NCBI GenBank assembly: GCA_963843145.1 | Contig: CAWJJC010000020.1 | Span: forward strand, 576,001-640,000 | Source: an uncultured delta proteobacterium | GTDB taxonomy: Bacteria > Desulfobacterota > RBG-13-43-22 | Reading direction: 5' to 3' | Length of the DNA stretch: 64,000 nt | Shown here: one piece after another, positions 19,212 through 29,620 of the stretch | Position numbering within the stretch: the first letter of the stretch is position 1 | Layout: every line of letters starts with the position of its first letter | Notes under the pieces: model-generated | Told to the model about the DNA's origin: nothing | What the model saw: only the letters and a program-made list of their open reading frames with translations | Database searches by the model: none | Program-made: the position numbers and the translations under genes

Positions 19212-19920
19212 ATGAAGATCCCTCGATGCGCCTTGGCCGTGGCGGCTCACCCCGACGATCTGGAGTTCAGTTGCGCCGGGACTTTGGCCCTCTGGGCTAA
19301 ACAGGGGACCCAAGCTTGTTTTTCTGATCTGTACCAGCGGGGAAGCGGGTTTCGACCTGCCAAACCTGAGCCGGGAGGAGCGGATGGCTATTCGGGAAGG
19401 GGAGCAGCGGGCCGCGGCCGAGATTCTGGGAGTCCACGAAGTGGTCTTTCTTCGGGAACCGGACGGCCTGCTCCAGCCCACTTTGGAACTGCGCCGAAAG
19501 ATCGTCCGGGAGATCCGGCGATTTCAGCCGGAGGCGGTGGTCTGCTGGGATCCCTCCTTATTGTTGATCAATGCGTCCATGGTAAACCACCCCGATCATC
19601 GTGCGGCCGCCCAGGCGGCCGTCGAGGCTGTTTTCCCTCCTCCGGGTTGCTTTATCTGTATGAGGATTTTTCGGCCGAAGGCCTGAAACCTGGGACCCGG
19701 ATCTCCTTTTCATGGTTAGCTTTGACGGCGGTGACACCTTCACGGATATAGGAGAAACGATAGACCTTAAAATCGCCGCCCTGAAAAAACATCAGAGTCA
19801 GGTGCGGATTGGGACCCGGGGCCATTTCTCCGGCGGGCGGCCGAACGGCAGGGGAAGGCCAGGGGGATAAACTATGCCGAGTCGTTCCAGGTAATTCAGT
19901 TACACAAACCCATGGCTTGA
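19212..19920 (+). CDS. PIG-L/LmbE-family deacetylase (several frameshifts)
   Basis: AAHPDD, REGEQRAAAEILG, NHPDHR, KIAALKKHQSQ, YAESF across frames. Confidence 0.8.
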
Positions 19921-20040
19921 AAGAAGTCCGAATCCGGGAAACCGTCAGGTGAGGTAAGAATCAAATATCCGGAAAAGGGCCTTTGTTTTTTGTTTTTTGT
20001 TGACAAAAAAGGGTTTTCAATATAAACAGATCATAAAAAT

Positions 20041-20198
20041 AAAGGTGCCCTTTCGGGCTTAAAAGGGAAGACGGTTTCAGTCCGTCACGGTCCCGCCGCT
20101 GTATCCGGGGACGAATTCCACAACAGCCACTTTCCTCCTCAGGCGGTTGGGAAGGCGTGGAAAGTAGAAAGATCCGGGAGTCAGAAGACCTGCCTTTG
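20041..20198 (+). ncRNA. Cobalamin riboswitch 1
   Basis: AGGTG..AAAAGGGAA..CGGTCCCGCCGCTGT..GCCACT..TGGGAAGGC..GAGTCAGAAGACCTGCCT (B12 box); upstream of cobU. Confidence 0.93.
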
Positions 20199-20261
20199 TC
20201 GAAGAATCCAAAGCCCGTGGACGCAGGGGTTCGACTTTAAGGATCAAGGAAGCTGGGTGCC

Positions 20262-20298
20262 ATCCTTAAGTTCAGAAACTGGACTTAAGGATTTTTTA
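20262..20298 (+). terminator. Riboswitch expression-platform terminator
   Basis: ATCCTTAAGTTCAG-AAA-CTGGACTTAAGGAT followed by a T-run. Confidence 0.85.
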
Positions 20299-20300
20299 TT

Positions 20301-20842
20301 TTGGAACCGATCAATCAGCAAGCCCGACTAACCCTAATTACCGGCCCGGCCAGGAGCGGCAAAACGCGACTCGCTGTTCAATGGGCCTGCGGCTTCCCTC
20401 CACCCGCGCCTATATCGCCACCGCTCCCGCCATGGACGAAGAGATGGCAGAGCGCATCCATCGTCATCAGCAGGACCGGGGGGAGGCCTTTCAGACTTTG
20501 GAAGAACCCCTGGCCCTTGCTTCACTGCTCCGAAAAATCTCCGGCCAATTCTCTATTCTCATCATCGACTGTTTAACCCTCTGGATGAGCAACCTGTTGG
20601 GCCATGGAGAGGGGGCATCGGCTGACTTCACTGAACAAGTCCACGGGTTTTTACAAATTATTAAAACCTATCCCGATCCCCTGTTGCTTATCGGCAATGA
20701 AGTGGGCTGGGGCATCGTTCCCGAAAACCCCTTGGCCCGCAGGTATCGAGATGAGATCGGCCGCCTGCACCAGGAAATCGGCCGCCTGGCCGATCAGGTG
20801 ATTTTAATGGTGGCCGGCATTCCTCTGGTGATTAAGAAATGA
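20301..20842 (+). CDS. cobU: Adenosylcobinamide kinase/guanylyltransferase (frameshift near 20400)
   Basis: GPARSGKT, YIATA..DEEMAERIHRHQ, DCLTLW, NEVGWG, VAGIP. Confidence 0.88.
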
Positions 20843-20907
20843 ACCACCACTTTTTTTAAATAGGACGATTAAGGAGCTGGTGATGAAAAAGTAAACCTCT
20901 ATAAATA

Positions 20908-21051
20908 TTTGCCGGATTCAGGAAGTCTGGATAAGCCAGCACTGCCCCGCAACTGTCGACAGAACGAAATCCCAATAGGCCACTGCCCGCTTCAGGCGGG
21001 TGGGAAGGTGGGGAGAGTAGGGCGCTGTCAGTCAGGAGACTGGTCCGGCAA
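20908..21051 (+). ncRNA. Cobalamin riboswitch 2 (variant 5' part)
   Basis: P1 TTTGCCGGA/TCCGGCAAA; ACTGCCCCGCAACTGT, GCCACTG..TGGGAAGG, AGTCAGGAGAC. Confidence 0.88.
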
Positions 21052-21086
21052 AAAAACAACATTCTTTCGAGGGAAAGGAGAAAAAG

Positions 21087-23084
21087 ATGAAAAAAAGTTG
21101 GGTTGGATGTTTGGGGGTGGGGATGCTATTTCTTGGCCTGGAAACAGGCTGGGCGGATTCGACACCGGTTCAGATGGAGGAGATCGTGGTTACGGCTACT
21201 CGGACCAGAGAAGAAATAAAATCCGTCCCCAATGCCGTCACGGTGATCGGCCCCCAGGAAATCGCGGCCTCTTCGGCCCGCAACGTGGGGGAACTGCTGA
21301 GCGGCGCGCTGTCGGTTGAGGTTGACGGGTACGGTCCCCTGGGATCCGCCCAATCGGCCAGCATCCGGGGTTCCAGTACCTCCCAAGTTTTGGTCATGGT
21401 CGACGGTCGCCCGACCAATTCCATCACCTTCGGGTCGGCTGATCTCAGTGAAATCCCCATCGAGTGGGTGGAACGGGTGGAAATCGTTAAAGGCCCGACT
21501 TCCCATCTCTACGGCGCCAACGCGCTGGGGGGGGTGATCAATATTATCACCAAAAATCCCCCGGCCAAGCCCTCTCTGCAAGCCGGCCTGTCCTACGGCA
21601 GTTTTAATACTCAGACCTACCAGGCCTCCCACGGCCAGACTCTCGACCGTTTTGGTTATCTATTCACCGGAGCGTACAAAACATCGGATGGTTTTCGGGA
21701 TAATTCCGCCTATGAAGGGAAAGATTTTTCTTCTAAATTATCGTATCAGGCCCTGGATCGGTTGTCTTTAAGTCTGCTGACTACGGTCCACCAGGATGGG
21801 TTGGGCGTTCCCGGACCTAAACCCCAGGCCGGGACGATCCCTGTTTTTGGAAACAGCCAGGTTACCAGCCTCTACGATCATCAGGATAACCATTTGTTTA
21901 ATAATAATTTAAAGCTGAATTGGGAGACCAGCGAGGTTCTGCAGCTAAGCGGACAAATCTACCAGGATTGGCGTGAATTGAAATACCGCCAGCGGTACGC
22001 GATTATGATGTCCTCCTCTGAAGAGCAGGATACCTATAGGGCCAATATCTGGGGCAGCAATTTAATGTTGCTCTGGAGCCTGCCCTACCAAAACAAACTC
22101 ACGCTGGGAGGGGATTACCGCCATGAGGATCTGGAGGGGGAGACGAAGACCACTACCATGGGTACAGGCCTGACGGTCCCCAACCAATGGAAACCGGACA
22201 ACACCCTCTGGGGTTTATTTGCTCAAGACCAGTGGCAGGTCCTACCGATGCTTCGCGTCAGCGGCGGGGTGCGCTATGATAACACCTCGCGCTATGGTTC
22301 TGAAACCAGCCCGGATTTGGGTCTGGTATATTCCCCTTTTAAAGAAACGCAAATTAAGGGCCATTACGGCAAGGCCTTCCGGGCTCCCACCTTCAATGAC
22401 TTGTTCTGGCCCGGTTCGGGGAACAGCAACCTTAAACCGGAGAAAGGGACCTCGTATGAAATAACCTGGGATCAGGGCCTTAAGGATCAAAAAGCCGCAC
22501 TGACCCTCGGGGTTTTTCGCTGGGAGGTCACCGACAAGATCGAGTGGGTCCCCGATGCCGCCGGCAACTGGCAGCCTCAAAATGTGAACGAACAAAATAC
22601 CTGGGGAGGCGAACTGGGGATCCAATGGAATCCAATCCGGGATTGGTCCTTGTCCTTCGGTTATACCTACCTGGAGGCTGCCCAGAAAAACAAGGAAGTT
22701 CAGGACGCCTTGACCAATACGACGGCAACGGTGGAACGACGGGCGTCCAGTGTTCCCCGACACCAGGTTCGCCTGACCCTGGGTACCGAGCTTCCCTGGG
22801 GGACCAAAGCCTTTTTGACGGGGAGATATGTGGGGGATCGGGTATTCTATTATAGCGACTACACTGATTTTCCGCTGGTACGGCAAAAAGAAAAAACATT
22901 GGCGGCTTATTACACGGTAGATTTGAAATTTAGTCATCTTTTTGGCCGGCACTGGAAAGGGACCTTGTCCTTATTAAATCTGACGAACCAAAGTTACGAC
23001 GCTCAACCGGGGACCAGCTTTCTTGACCAGAACTACCCGGCGCCGGGGATATCCGTCACTGCCGGCCTGACGTACAATTTCTAG
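21087..23084 (+). CDS. btuB: TonB-dependent corrinoid receptor (BtuB-like)
   Basis: EEIVVTATR, IRGS, ERVEIVKGP..LYGANALGGVINIIT, FRAPTFNDL, C-terminal Phe; lies under a B12 riboswitch. Confidence 0.88.
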   Translation: MKKSWVGCLGVGMLFLGLETGWADSTPVQMEEIVVTATRTREEIKSVPNAVTVIGPQEIAASSARNVGELLSGALSVEVDGYGPLGSAQSASIRGSSTSQVLVMVDGRPTNSITFGSADLSEIPIEWVERVEIVKGPTSHLYGANALGGVINIITKNPPAKPSLQAGLSYGSFNTQTYQASHGQTLDRFGYLFTGAYKTSDGFRDNSAYEGKDFSSKLSYQALDRLSLSLLTTVHQDGLGVPGPKPQAGTIPVFGNSQVTSLYDHQDNHLFNNNLKLNWETSEVLQLSGQIYQDWRELKYRQRYAIMMSSSEEQDTYRANIWGSNLMLLWSLPYQNKLTLGGDYRHEDLEGETKTTTMGTGLTVPNQWKPDNTLWGLFAQDQWQVLPMLRVSGGVRYDNTSRYGSETSPDLGLVYSPFKETQIKGHYGKAFRAPTFNDLFWPGSGNSNLKPEKGTSYEITWDQGLKDQKAALTLGVFRWEVTDKIEWVPDAAGNWQPQNVNEQNTWGGELGIQWNPIRDWSLSFGYTYLEAAQKNKEVQDALTNTTATVERRASSVPRHQVRLTLGTELPWGTKAFLTGRYVGDRVFYYSDYTDFPLVRQKEKTLAAYYTVDLKFSHLFGRHWKGTLSLLNLTNQSYDAQPGTSFLDQNYPAPGISVTAGLTYNF

Positions 23085-23087
23085 GGG

Positions 23088-24032
23088 ATGGGGCGGTTTC
23101 CTATAGTCCGCCTTCCGGTATCGATGCAACTTCTTCATAGAAAAACAGCAAAAGGGTTATTGATTTTTGGCCTTCTGGGAGGGTTGGTTTTCCCCGGATT
23201 CCTCCAGGCGGAACCCGCGCTGGAGACCTTTAATCAAAAGGTCCTCCCGGCCCATTACCAGCGCATCGTTTCCCTGGCGCCCAGCATTACCGAGATCCTC
23301 TACACCCTGGGCCTAGGCCCTCGAGTAGTCGGGGTAACCCAGCACTGCAATTTTCCCCCCGAGGCCATGTCCAAACCCAGGGTGGGGAGTTATGTGGATC
23401 TCAATCTGGAAAAAATCCTATCCTTAAAACCGGATTTGATCATCGCTACCGCCGATGGAAATGAGCCGGAGGCCGTGACCCGGCTCGTCCGGTTTGGGGT
23501 TCCGGTTTTTTTGACCAACCCCAAAAACTTGGAGGAAGTCTTTGAGACCATCAAGGAAATAGGTCGGATTACCCTGGCCGGAAGGGAGGCCGGGTTGGTA
23601 GTCGACTCGCTTCGTCAAAGAGCGGATCGCCTGATACAGGCCTGTGCCCCTTTAACCCGCCCTAAAGTTTTTTTGCAGATCAACGAACAACCCTTGATGA
23701 CGGTGGGGAAAGACACCTTTCACAACAACCTGATAACACTCGCCGCCGGACGCAACATCAGCGGCGAAGAAACCATCAAGTACCCCACCTACAGCCTGGA
23801 GCAGGTCCTGCAGAAGAAACCGGAGGTCATTTTAATTACCTCCATGGAGCGGGGTGCCGTGGCGGAAAAGAAAAAAGAACGCTGGAGGCAATGGAATCAA
23901 ATCCCGGCGGTTAAACAGGGGAGAATTTTTCTCCTGGATTCCGATTTCCTGGATCGGCCTTCGCCCCGTCTGGTCGACGGGCTGGAGTCTCTGGCCCGGG
24001 CCATTCACCCGGAATTGAAAAATTGGAAGTGA
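23088..24032 (+). CDS. btuF: Cobalamin-binding protein
   Basis: RIVSLAPSITEILY, NLEKILSLKPDL, RPSPRL. Confidence 0.88.
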   Translation: MGRFPIVRLPVSMQLLHRKTAKGLLIFGLLGGLVFPGFLQAEPALETFNQKVLPAHYQRIVSLAPSITEILYTLGLGPRVVGVTQHCNFPPEAMSKPRVGSYVDLNLEKILSLKPDLIIATADGNEPEAVTRLVRFGVPVFLTNPKNLEEVFETIKEIGRITLAGREAGLVVDSLRQRADRLIQACAPLTRPKVFLQINEQPLMTVGKDTFHNNLITLAAGRNISGEETIKYPTYSLEQVLQKKPEVILITSMERGAVAEKKKERWRQWNQIPAVKQGRIFLLDSDFLDRPSPRLVDGLESLARAIHPELKNWK

Positions 24033-24041
24033 GGATTTGTT

Positions 24042-25030
24042 TTGTTAACGCTCAAAAAGCTGGTCCTGGTTTTGAGCGCGCTGACCCTCCTGCTCGCCGG
24101 GGCTTTGGGGTTGGGGCTGACCCTCGGCTCGGTCCGGATCTCCCTCGGTGGGTTTGGGTTTGGACAGCGATGGGATCCCACATCCCGGGCTATTCTGATG
24201 GATCTCCGCCTGCCCCGGGTACTGCTGGCCGGGGTAGTGGGTTGGGCCCTATCCCTGGGCGGGGTGGTTTTTCAGGCCCTGATGCGTAATCCGCTGGCTG
24301 AACCTTTTTTACTGGGGATCTCCAGCGGGGCGGCCCTGGGGGCGGTGGCCGGCATTATTCTTGGGGTTGTGTTTTGGGGCGGCTTGCCCATGATGGCCTT
24401 TTTAGGGGCCCTGTTGACCATCACGCTGGTATTGGCCGTGGCCCAGCAGGATCGGACCATTGACTCCAATACCCTGATATTAACCGGCGTGATCGTCAAT
24501 GCCTTTTTTGCGTCCCTGATCATGGTGGCCCTGGCCACCTCGGCCGGCGAAAAGATGCATTCCCTGCTGTACTGGCTGTATGGAGATCTGAGCCGGGGAC
24601 AATTTCGTGATTTGCTTTTTTTGGTCCCGGTGATCGGCGTCTGCTCCGTCCTTCTTTTCGGAGGAGCCCGGGCCTTCAACCTGATCGCCGCCGGGGAAGA
24701 AACGGCCTCGCAATTAGGGGTCAATGTGGAAGGACTGAAGTGGTTTTCGTTGATCCTGGTGTCCTTGATGTGTGGGATTACCGTGGCTTTCAGCGGCATC
24801 ATCGGCTTTGTCGGATTGGTTGTTCCCCACCTGGTGCGGCTGGCCTTTGGTCCGGATCACCGTCTGCTGCTGCCGGCCTCAGGACTTTTCGGGGCCTCCT
24901 TTCTGATCAGCGCCGATCTGCTGGCCCGGACCGTCATTTCGCCCAACGAACTTCCGGTGGGGGTAATTACCTCTTTTCTGGGGCCCCCTTTTTCCTTTAT
25001 TTGCTTTTTTTGCGGAGGAGAAAATGAAGC
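24042..25030 (+). CDS. btuC: Cobalamin ABC permease (frameshift in the last codons)
   Basis: LRLPRV, RNPLAEP, IGFVGLVVPH, ELPVGVIT. Confidence 0.85.
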
Positions 25031-25821
25031 CTTTAATCCGCTTAAACAATGTAGGTTACCGTTATAATCACCAGTGGGTGGTTCAGGGAGTTGATTTTTC
25101 GTTGTTCCCCGGAGAGCTGGTGGGATTGATCGGCCCCAACGGTTCCGGCAAGACCACCCTGTTGAAGCTCATGGATCATCTCCTGGATCCCAAGGAAGGA
25201 AGCGTGGTCTGGGAAGGGGACCCGCTGGAAAATTTTTCGCGGGCTCAAATCGCCCAGCGCCTGGCGTTGGTTTCCCAGGATCCTTCCTTCGTCTTCTCAC
25301 CAACCGTTTTGGAAGTGGTCCTGATGGGGCGGTCCCCTTACTTGAAACGTTTCCAACTGGAAGGCCCCCGTGACCTGGCCTTGGCCGAAAGGTCCCTGGA
25401 GCAAACCCAGGTTGAACACTTGAAAAAAAGGCGGCTCGAAGCGTTGTCCAGCGGGGAGCGCCAAAGGGTCTTTATCGCTCGCGCGCTCTGCCAGGAGCCC
25501 CGGTTATTGCTCCTGGATGAACCTACGGCTTTTCTGGATATCAAACACCAGGTCAAGATCATGGATCTCCTCCTGGAGCTCAACCAGCGACAGCGGTTGA
25601 CGATTTTAATCGCCTCTCATGATATCAACCTGGCGGCCCAATATTGTCAGCGGCTGATTTTATTGCGCGGCGGGCGGATTCAGGGGATGGGTCATCCCCG
25701 GGAGGTCATTGAAGAGGCCTTGATTCACGAGGTTTTTGATACCCCGGTGACGGTGGACCGGAACCCTTTCACCGGCACGCCGAGAATTACTTTAGTTGGC
25801 GGACGGGAGGCGGAGGTTTAG
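25024..25821 (+). CDS. btuD: Cobalamin ABC ATP-binding protein
   Basis: GPNGSGKT, LSSGERQR, LLDEPT, HDINLA. Confidence 0.88.
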   Translation: MKPLIRLNNVGYRYNHQWVVQGVDFSLFPGELVGLIGPNGSGKTTLLKLMDHLLDPKEGSVVWEGDPLENFSRAQIAQRLALVSQDPSFVFSPTVLEVVLMGRSPYLKRFQLEGPRDLALAERSLEQTQVEHLKKRRLEALSSGERQRVFIARALCQEPRLLLLDEPTAFLDIKHQVKIMDLLLELNQRQRLTILIASHDINLAAQYCQRLILLRGGRIQGMGHPREVIEEALIHEVFDTPVTVDRNPFTGTPRITLVGGREAEV

Positions 25822-25981
25822 TCGCTTTTTGAAAAACCTATTTTTAGCTGCCGGTCCAGCCAAGAACGAAGATAGGAAAACCACAACCTGGCTTCTCCTC
25901 ACGGGTGAGGGGTTTGGAATTTGTCCGGCCGGGGAAGAAGTTTATCCCCCTGAGGCGCCATTGGACACCCTCCGCGCAGCC

Positions 25982-26791
25982 ATGAAGGATGAAGTTCTAC
26001 TCACGGCAATGGGACCAAGGGGTCATTTTTGTGGGCCCCCCAGGAAATTTTGGATGTCCTTCTTGGGGGCCATCCTGTTCCATGGGGTTCTTTTTGGTCT
26101 CTTTATTTTTACCCGACCCTGGTCGGAGTCAAAGGAAATACAGGTTAATCCACCTCAGATTATTGCGGTTTCCTTAACCACTTGGCTATCCTCCCCCTCC
26201 GACGGTCACCCGGCGCCATTAAAGGCCGCTCCTGAAAAATTCAAAGCCCCCCTAAGGGAAAGGGCTTCCCTTCCAGCCGTGGTTCCTGAACCTGAACCGG
26301 GAGCCCGCGTTGAGGAGCAACCAGCCGCCTCTCTTGAATTCAAAGAGGAAAAACCATCAGCCGGCAGGTCCAGGGCTGTTCAGTTCAATCAGGGGACCAG
26401 TTCGTCCGGCCCATTTATAAACAGCGGGCCGGGAAACCCATCCACGACTCAAGAGGTTGGACAAGGTGGGGAAACCCGGACAAATTCGTGGCCGGGGAAG
26501 AGGACTGAAACCGGGTCGGTGATGGCTATTCCCCGTTATGGGCAAAATCAGTCTCCAGTTTATCCAATCATGGCTCGGGAACAGGGTTGGCAAGGGACCA
26601 GTCTTTTGAGGGTTCTGGTTCTATTAAACGGTTCAGTGGGCAAGGCGGAAATCGTCAAATCCTCCGGGTTTACTATTCTGGATCAGGCCGCCCTTCGCGG
26701 AATAAATGATTGGAAATTTGTTCCCGGGAAAAAAGACGGACAACCCATCGAAATGTGGGTCCAGATTCAAATTTCTTTCCGTTTGGAATGA
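25982..26791 (+). CDS. tonB: TonB energy transducer (start uncertain)
   Basis: AILFHG TM, YPIMAREQGWQG, SSGFTILDQAA, WKFVPG. Confidence 0.85.
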   Translation: MKDEVLLTAMGPRGHFCGPPRKFWMSFLGAILFHGVLFGLFIFTRPWSESKEIQVNPPQIIAVSLTTWLSSPSDGHPAPLKAAPEKFKAPLRERASLPAVVPEPEPGARVEEQPAASLEFKEEKPSAGRSRAVQFNQGTSSSGPFINSGPGNPSTTQEVGQGGETRTNSWPGKRTETGSVMAIPRYGQNQSPVYPIMAREQGWQGTSLLRVLVLLNGSVGKAEIVKSSGFTILDQAALRGINDWKFVPGKKDGQPIEMWVQIQISFRLE

Positions 26792-26957
26792 ATTAAAAGC
26801 GAATTCCGGAGTGATTTTTTTTCAAAAGGAGGCGGGTCCACCTACTGGAGAGAGCCTGGTCCCGCGAACTGCCCCTGGATATCCTTCCGGTCTACCTCCC
26901 AGATACCGACCCCTTAACCGGCGTTACCTAAAAAGGCCCCGGCGTCAGCCAGGCTGA

Positions 26958-27251
26958 CTATCCCCCTGAAAGCGGTATATGGATATCGATAATGTCCTGG
27001 TTTTCCAGGACCTGATCAAATCCGGCCACCTTATGGTTGACAAAGACATGGAGAAAAAGATCGGACCAGTTTTCGGGCGCGCCGATGGAAGGAAGCCCTA
27101 ACAGCACCTCTTGAACGGTTGTCCCGGCTTCCAATTCCAGTATTAAGTCTCCGTTTCGATCAAATTGCGAGTTAAAGGCCTCGGTATTGCCTATCGCGAA
27201 AGTAGTATTGATTTTTACCTTAATGGGATGGTTTTTCATTCGGCTGTCCAT
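26958..27251 (-). CDS. MoaD/ThiS-family ubiquitin-like protein
   Basis: TTVQEVL, VFVN, C-terminal PLSGG. Confidence 0.8.
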   Translation of the reverse strand: MDSRMKNHPIKVKINTTFAIGNTEAFNSQFDRNGDLILELEAGTTVQEVLLGLPSIGAPENWSDLFLHVFVNHKVAGFDQVLENQDIIDIHIPLSGG

Positions 27252-27527
27252 TGATAATCGTTTAAAAACGCTCTTTTTCTATAACATGTAATACTCCTTC
27301 CGTTCCAAAGCAAGTTCTTTTAATTCCCCTTGCCCGGGGCGGTCACCCCGAAGCCTGAAAATAAAAGGAGCGATATAATAACCTAATAATCAATTGTTAA
27401 TTCTTAACTATTAATAAATGCCTTGTTGTGCCGGGTTCTATTTTCGTATTAACCAGGGGGATGTCAGCTGAGCCAAGACGAAGATCATCCCGGATAACCC
27501 GGGGATTGCGGAAGGGGGAAAAAACCA

Positions 27528-27569
27528 TTGCTTTGAGGTCGGTCTTCGTCTATATTCACATTATGAATA
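27528..27569 (+). promoter_or_regulatory. Leaderless sigma70-type promoter with inverted-repeat operator over the padR start
   Basis: TTGCTT-N17-TATATT-N6-ATG; palindrome TATTCA-N5-TGAATA at 27553-27569. Confidence 0.6.
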
Positions 27570-28120
27570 GTCACAAAAAAAATATTAAACCGGCCGAACG
27601 GGATCGCAACCCGGCCGAATACCTCATCCTGGGCGTCCTGTCCAGCGGAGAGCAACACGGGTATGATCTGTATCAGCACCTGGAAGAAAATTTAGGCCGG
27701 ATCTGGACCCTGGGCCGCAGCCAAACCTATGCGCTGCTTTCACGGATGGAGCAAGCGGGACTAGTGGCCCATAAACGCCAGGCCCAGGAAAAACGGCCGG
27801 ACCGAAAAAACTTTTCCCTTACCCCGGCAGGAAAAAAACTATACACCCATTGGGTGAAAGCCCCGGTGGATCATATCAGGGACCTGCGCTTGGCGTTCCT
27901 GGCCAAAATTTACTTTTTGGAAAAAAAGGATCGAAAATCGGCGGAAAAACTGATCCAGGCCCAGCAGGCCGTTTGTCGCGACAAACTGTCCCGTTTGGAA
28001 GACAGGGCAAGGTCGGCCGGGTCCGTTATGGAGCAGCTTACCTCTGACTTCCGCCAATCTCAGGCACGGGCGGCTTTGGACTGGCTGGAGGGTCTCCAAA
28101 AGAAAATGGGAAAGGAATGA
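27563..28120 (+). CDS. PadR-family transcriptional regulator
   Basis: ILGVL..HGYDL, SQTYALLSRMEQAGLV, RPDRKNFSLTPAG, LAKIYF. Confidence 0.9.
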   Translation: MNSHKKNIKPAERDRNPAEYLILGVLSSGEQHGYDLYQHLEENLGRIWTLGRSQTYALLSRMEQAGLVAHKRQAQEKRPDRKNFSLTPAGKKLYTHWVKAPVDHIRDLRLAFLAKIYFLEKKDRKSAEKLIQAQQAVCRDKLSRLEDRARSAGSVMEQLTSDFRQSQARAALDWLEGLQKKMGKE

Positions 28121-28951
28121 AAGGAATGTCGCGAAAAAACCAGGCAGATCATTCTGAGCGAAGGGAAGAATCCCCTATATGGTTAAAGGGGCTTTTCGTA
28201 TTTATGGTGTTTACCCTGACCTTGACCTTTCCGGTCCAAGCCCAGGAGGTCACCGTTTCAGCCGCCATCAGTTTGAAAGATGCCTTTACTGAATTGGGAA
28301 AATCATTTGAAGGCCGGCAAAAAGGGAGCCGGGTGCAATTCAACTTCGGGGCCTCGGGGGACCTGGTTCGGCAGATTATAGGCGGGGCCCCGGTGGATGT
28401 CTTTGCCTCGGCCGGGCTAAAAGAAATGGATGAACTGGAGCGAAAAGGCTTTACGGCTCCCGGGACGCGGGTGAACTTCGCCGGGAATACCGTAGTGCTG
28501 GCTGTCCCGGCGGCAGCACATTTTCCCCTGGAGGAATTTTCCGACCGTCCCGACCGGAAAAGGTCAAAAAAATCGCCATCGGCAACCCGGCAGACCGTCC
28601 CGGCCGGGAGATACGCCGAGCAGGTTTTAAGAAATCTGAAGCTCTGGGAAGCCTCTGAAAGACAAGCTGGTTTTCGCTGAAAATGTCCGCCAGGGCCTGG
28701 ATTATGTGGCGCGGGGCGAGGTCGACGCGGGCTTGGTCTATGCCACCGATGCCGCAACCCGTGCCAGGGACCTGAAGAAGGTCTTTCCGGCCCCCGAGGG
28801 GAGCCACCAACCGGTGGTCTATCCGATTGCCGTTGTCAAGGGTTCTAAAAACGAAGGCCCGGCTCGGGCCTTTATCGCCTGGGTAATTTCCTCCGAGGGG
28901 AAACACATCCTCGAACGGTACGGATTCAAAACCCTGGCGGACAAAAAATAA
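28117..28951 (+). CDS. modA: Molybdate ABC substrate-binding protein (frameshifted near 28545-28655)
   Basis: SAAISLKDA, FGASG, DVFASA, VPAGRYA, DAGLVYATD, VYPIAV. Confidence 0.88.
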
Positions 28952-28954
28952 ATC

Positions 28955-29620
28955 ATGTCCGGAGAAGTCTGGTTTTCTCTTCGGCTCTCCCTGCAGGTGG
29001 CCTTCCTGGCTACGCTGCTTATTGTGATTGTAGGAGTAGCGGTCGGATACCTGTTGGCCCGGAAAATTTTTTGGGGCCGCGAGTTGGTTGATATCCTGTT
29101 TACTTTGCCGCTGGTCTTGCCCCCCACGGTAACCGGATACTATTTGATCATCTTCTTCGGCCGAAACGGCTGGTTGGGAAAGAGTCTCTATACCTGGACC
29201 GGGTGGAGCATCATGTTCACTTGGTATGCCGCCGTGCTGGCCTCCTTTGTGGTGGCCCTGCCGCTCATGGTGCGGACCACCCGGGCGGCCATCGAGTCGA
29301 TCGACCCCAACCTGATTCTGGCCTCCTACACGTTAGGCCATTCCGAAATGAAGACGGCCTGGAAGGTCGTTTTACCGCTGGCCCGCCGGGGGATCATCGC
29401 GGGGACGGTCCTGTCTTTCGCCCGGGCCATGGGGGAATTCGGGGCCACTTTGATGCTGGCCGGAAACCTTCCCGGGAAAACCAACACCCTGCCCTTGACC
29501 ATCTATACCCTGGCCGGGAGCGGCGAATGGCCGCAGGCCCAGGGGGTGGTACTTATCCTCACGGTCACCTCCGGTGTCTTTCTCTATCTGGCCAACCGTT
29601 TTGGGCGGAAGGCCTGGTGA
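28955..29620 (+). CDS. modB: Molybdate ABC permease
   Basis: LPLVLPPTVTGY, FARAMGEFGAT..AGN. Confidence 0.95.
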   Translation: MSGEVWFSLRLSLQVAFLATLLIVIVGVAVGYLLARKIFWGRELVDILFTLPLVLPPTVTGYYLIIFFGRNGWLGKSLYTWTGWSIMFTWYAAVLASFVVALPLMVRTTRAAIESIDPNLILASYTLGHSEMKTAWKVVLPLARRGIIAGTVLSFARAMGEFGATLMLAGNLPGKTNTLPLTIYTLAGSGEWPQAQGVVLILTVTSGVFLYLANRFGRKAW

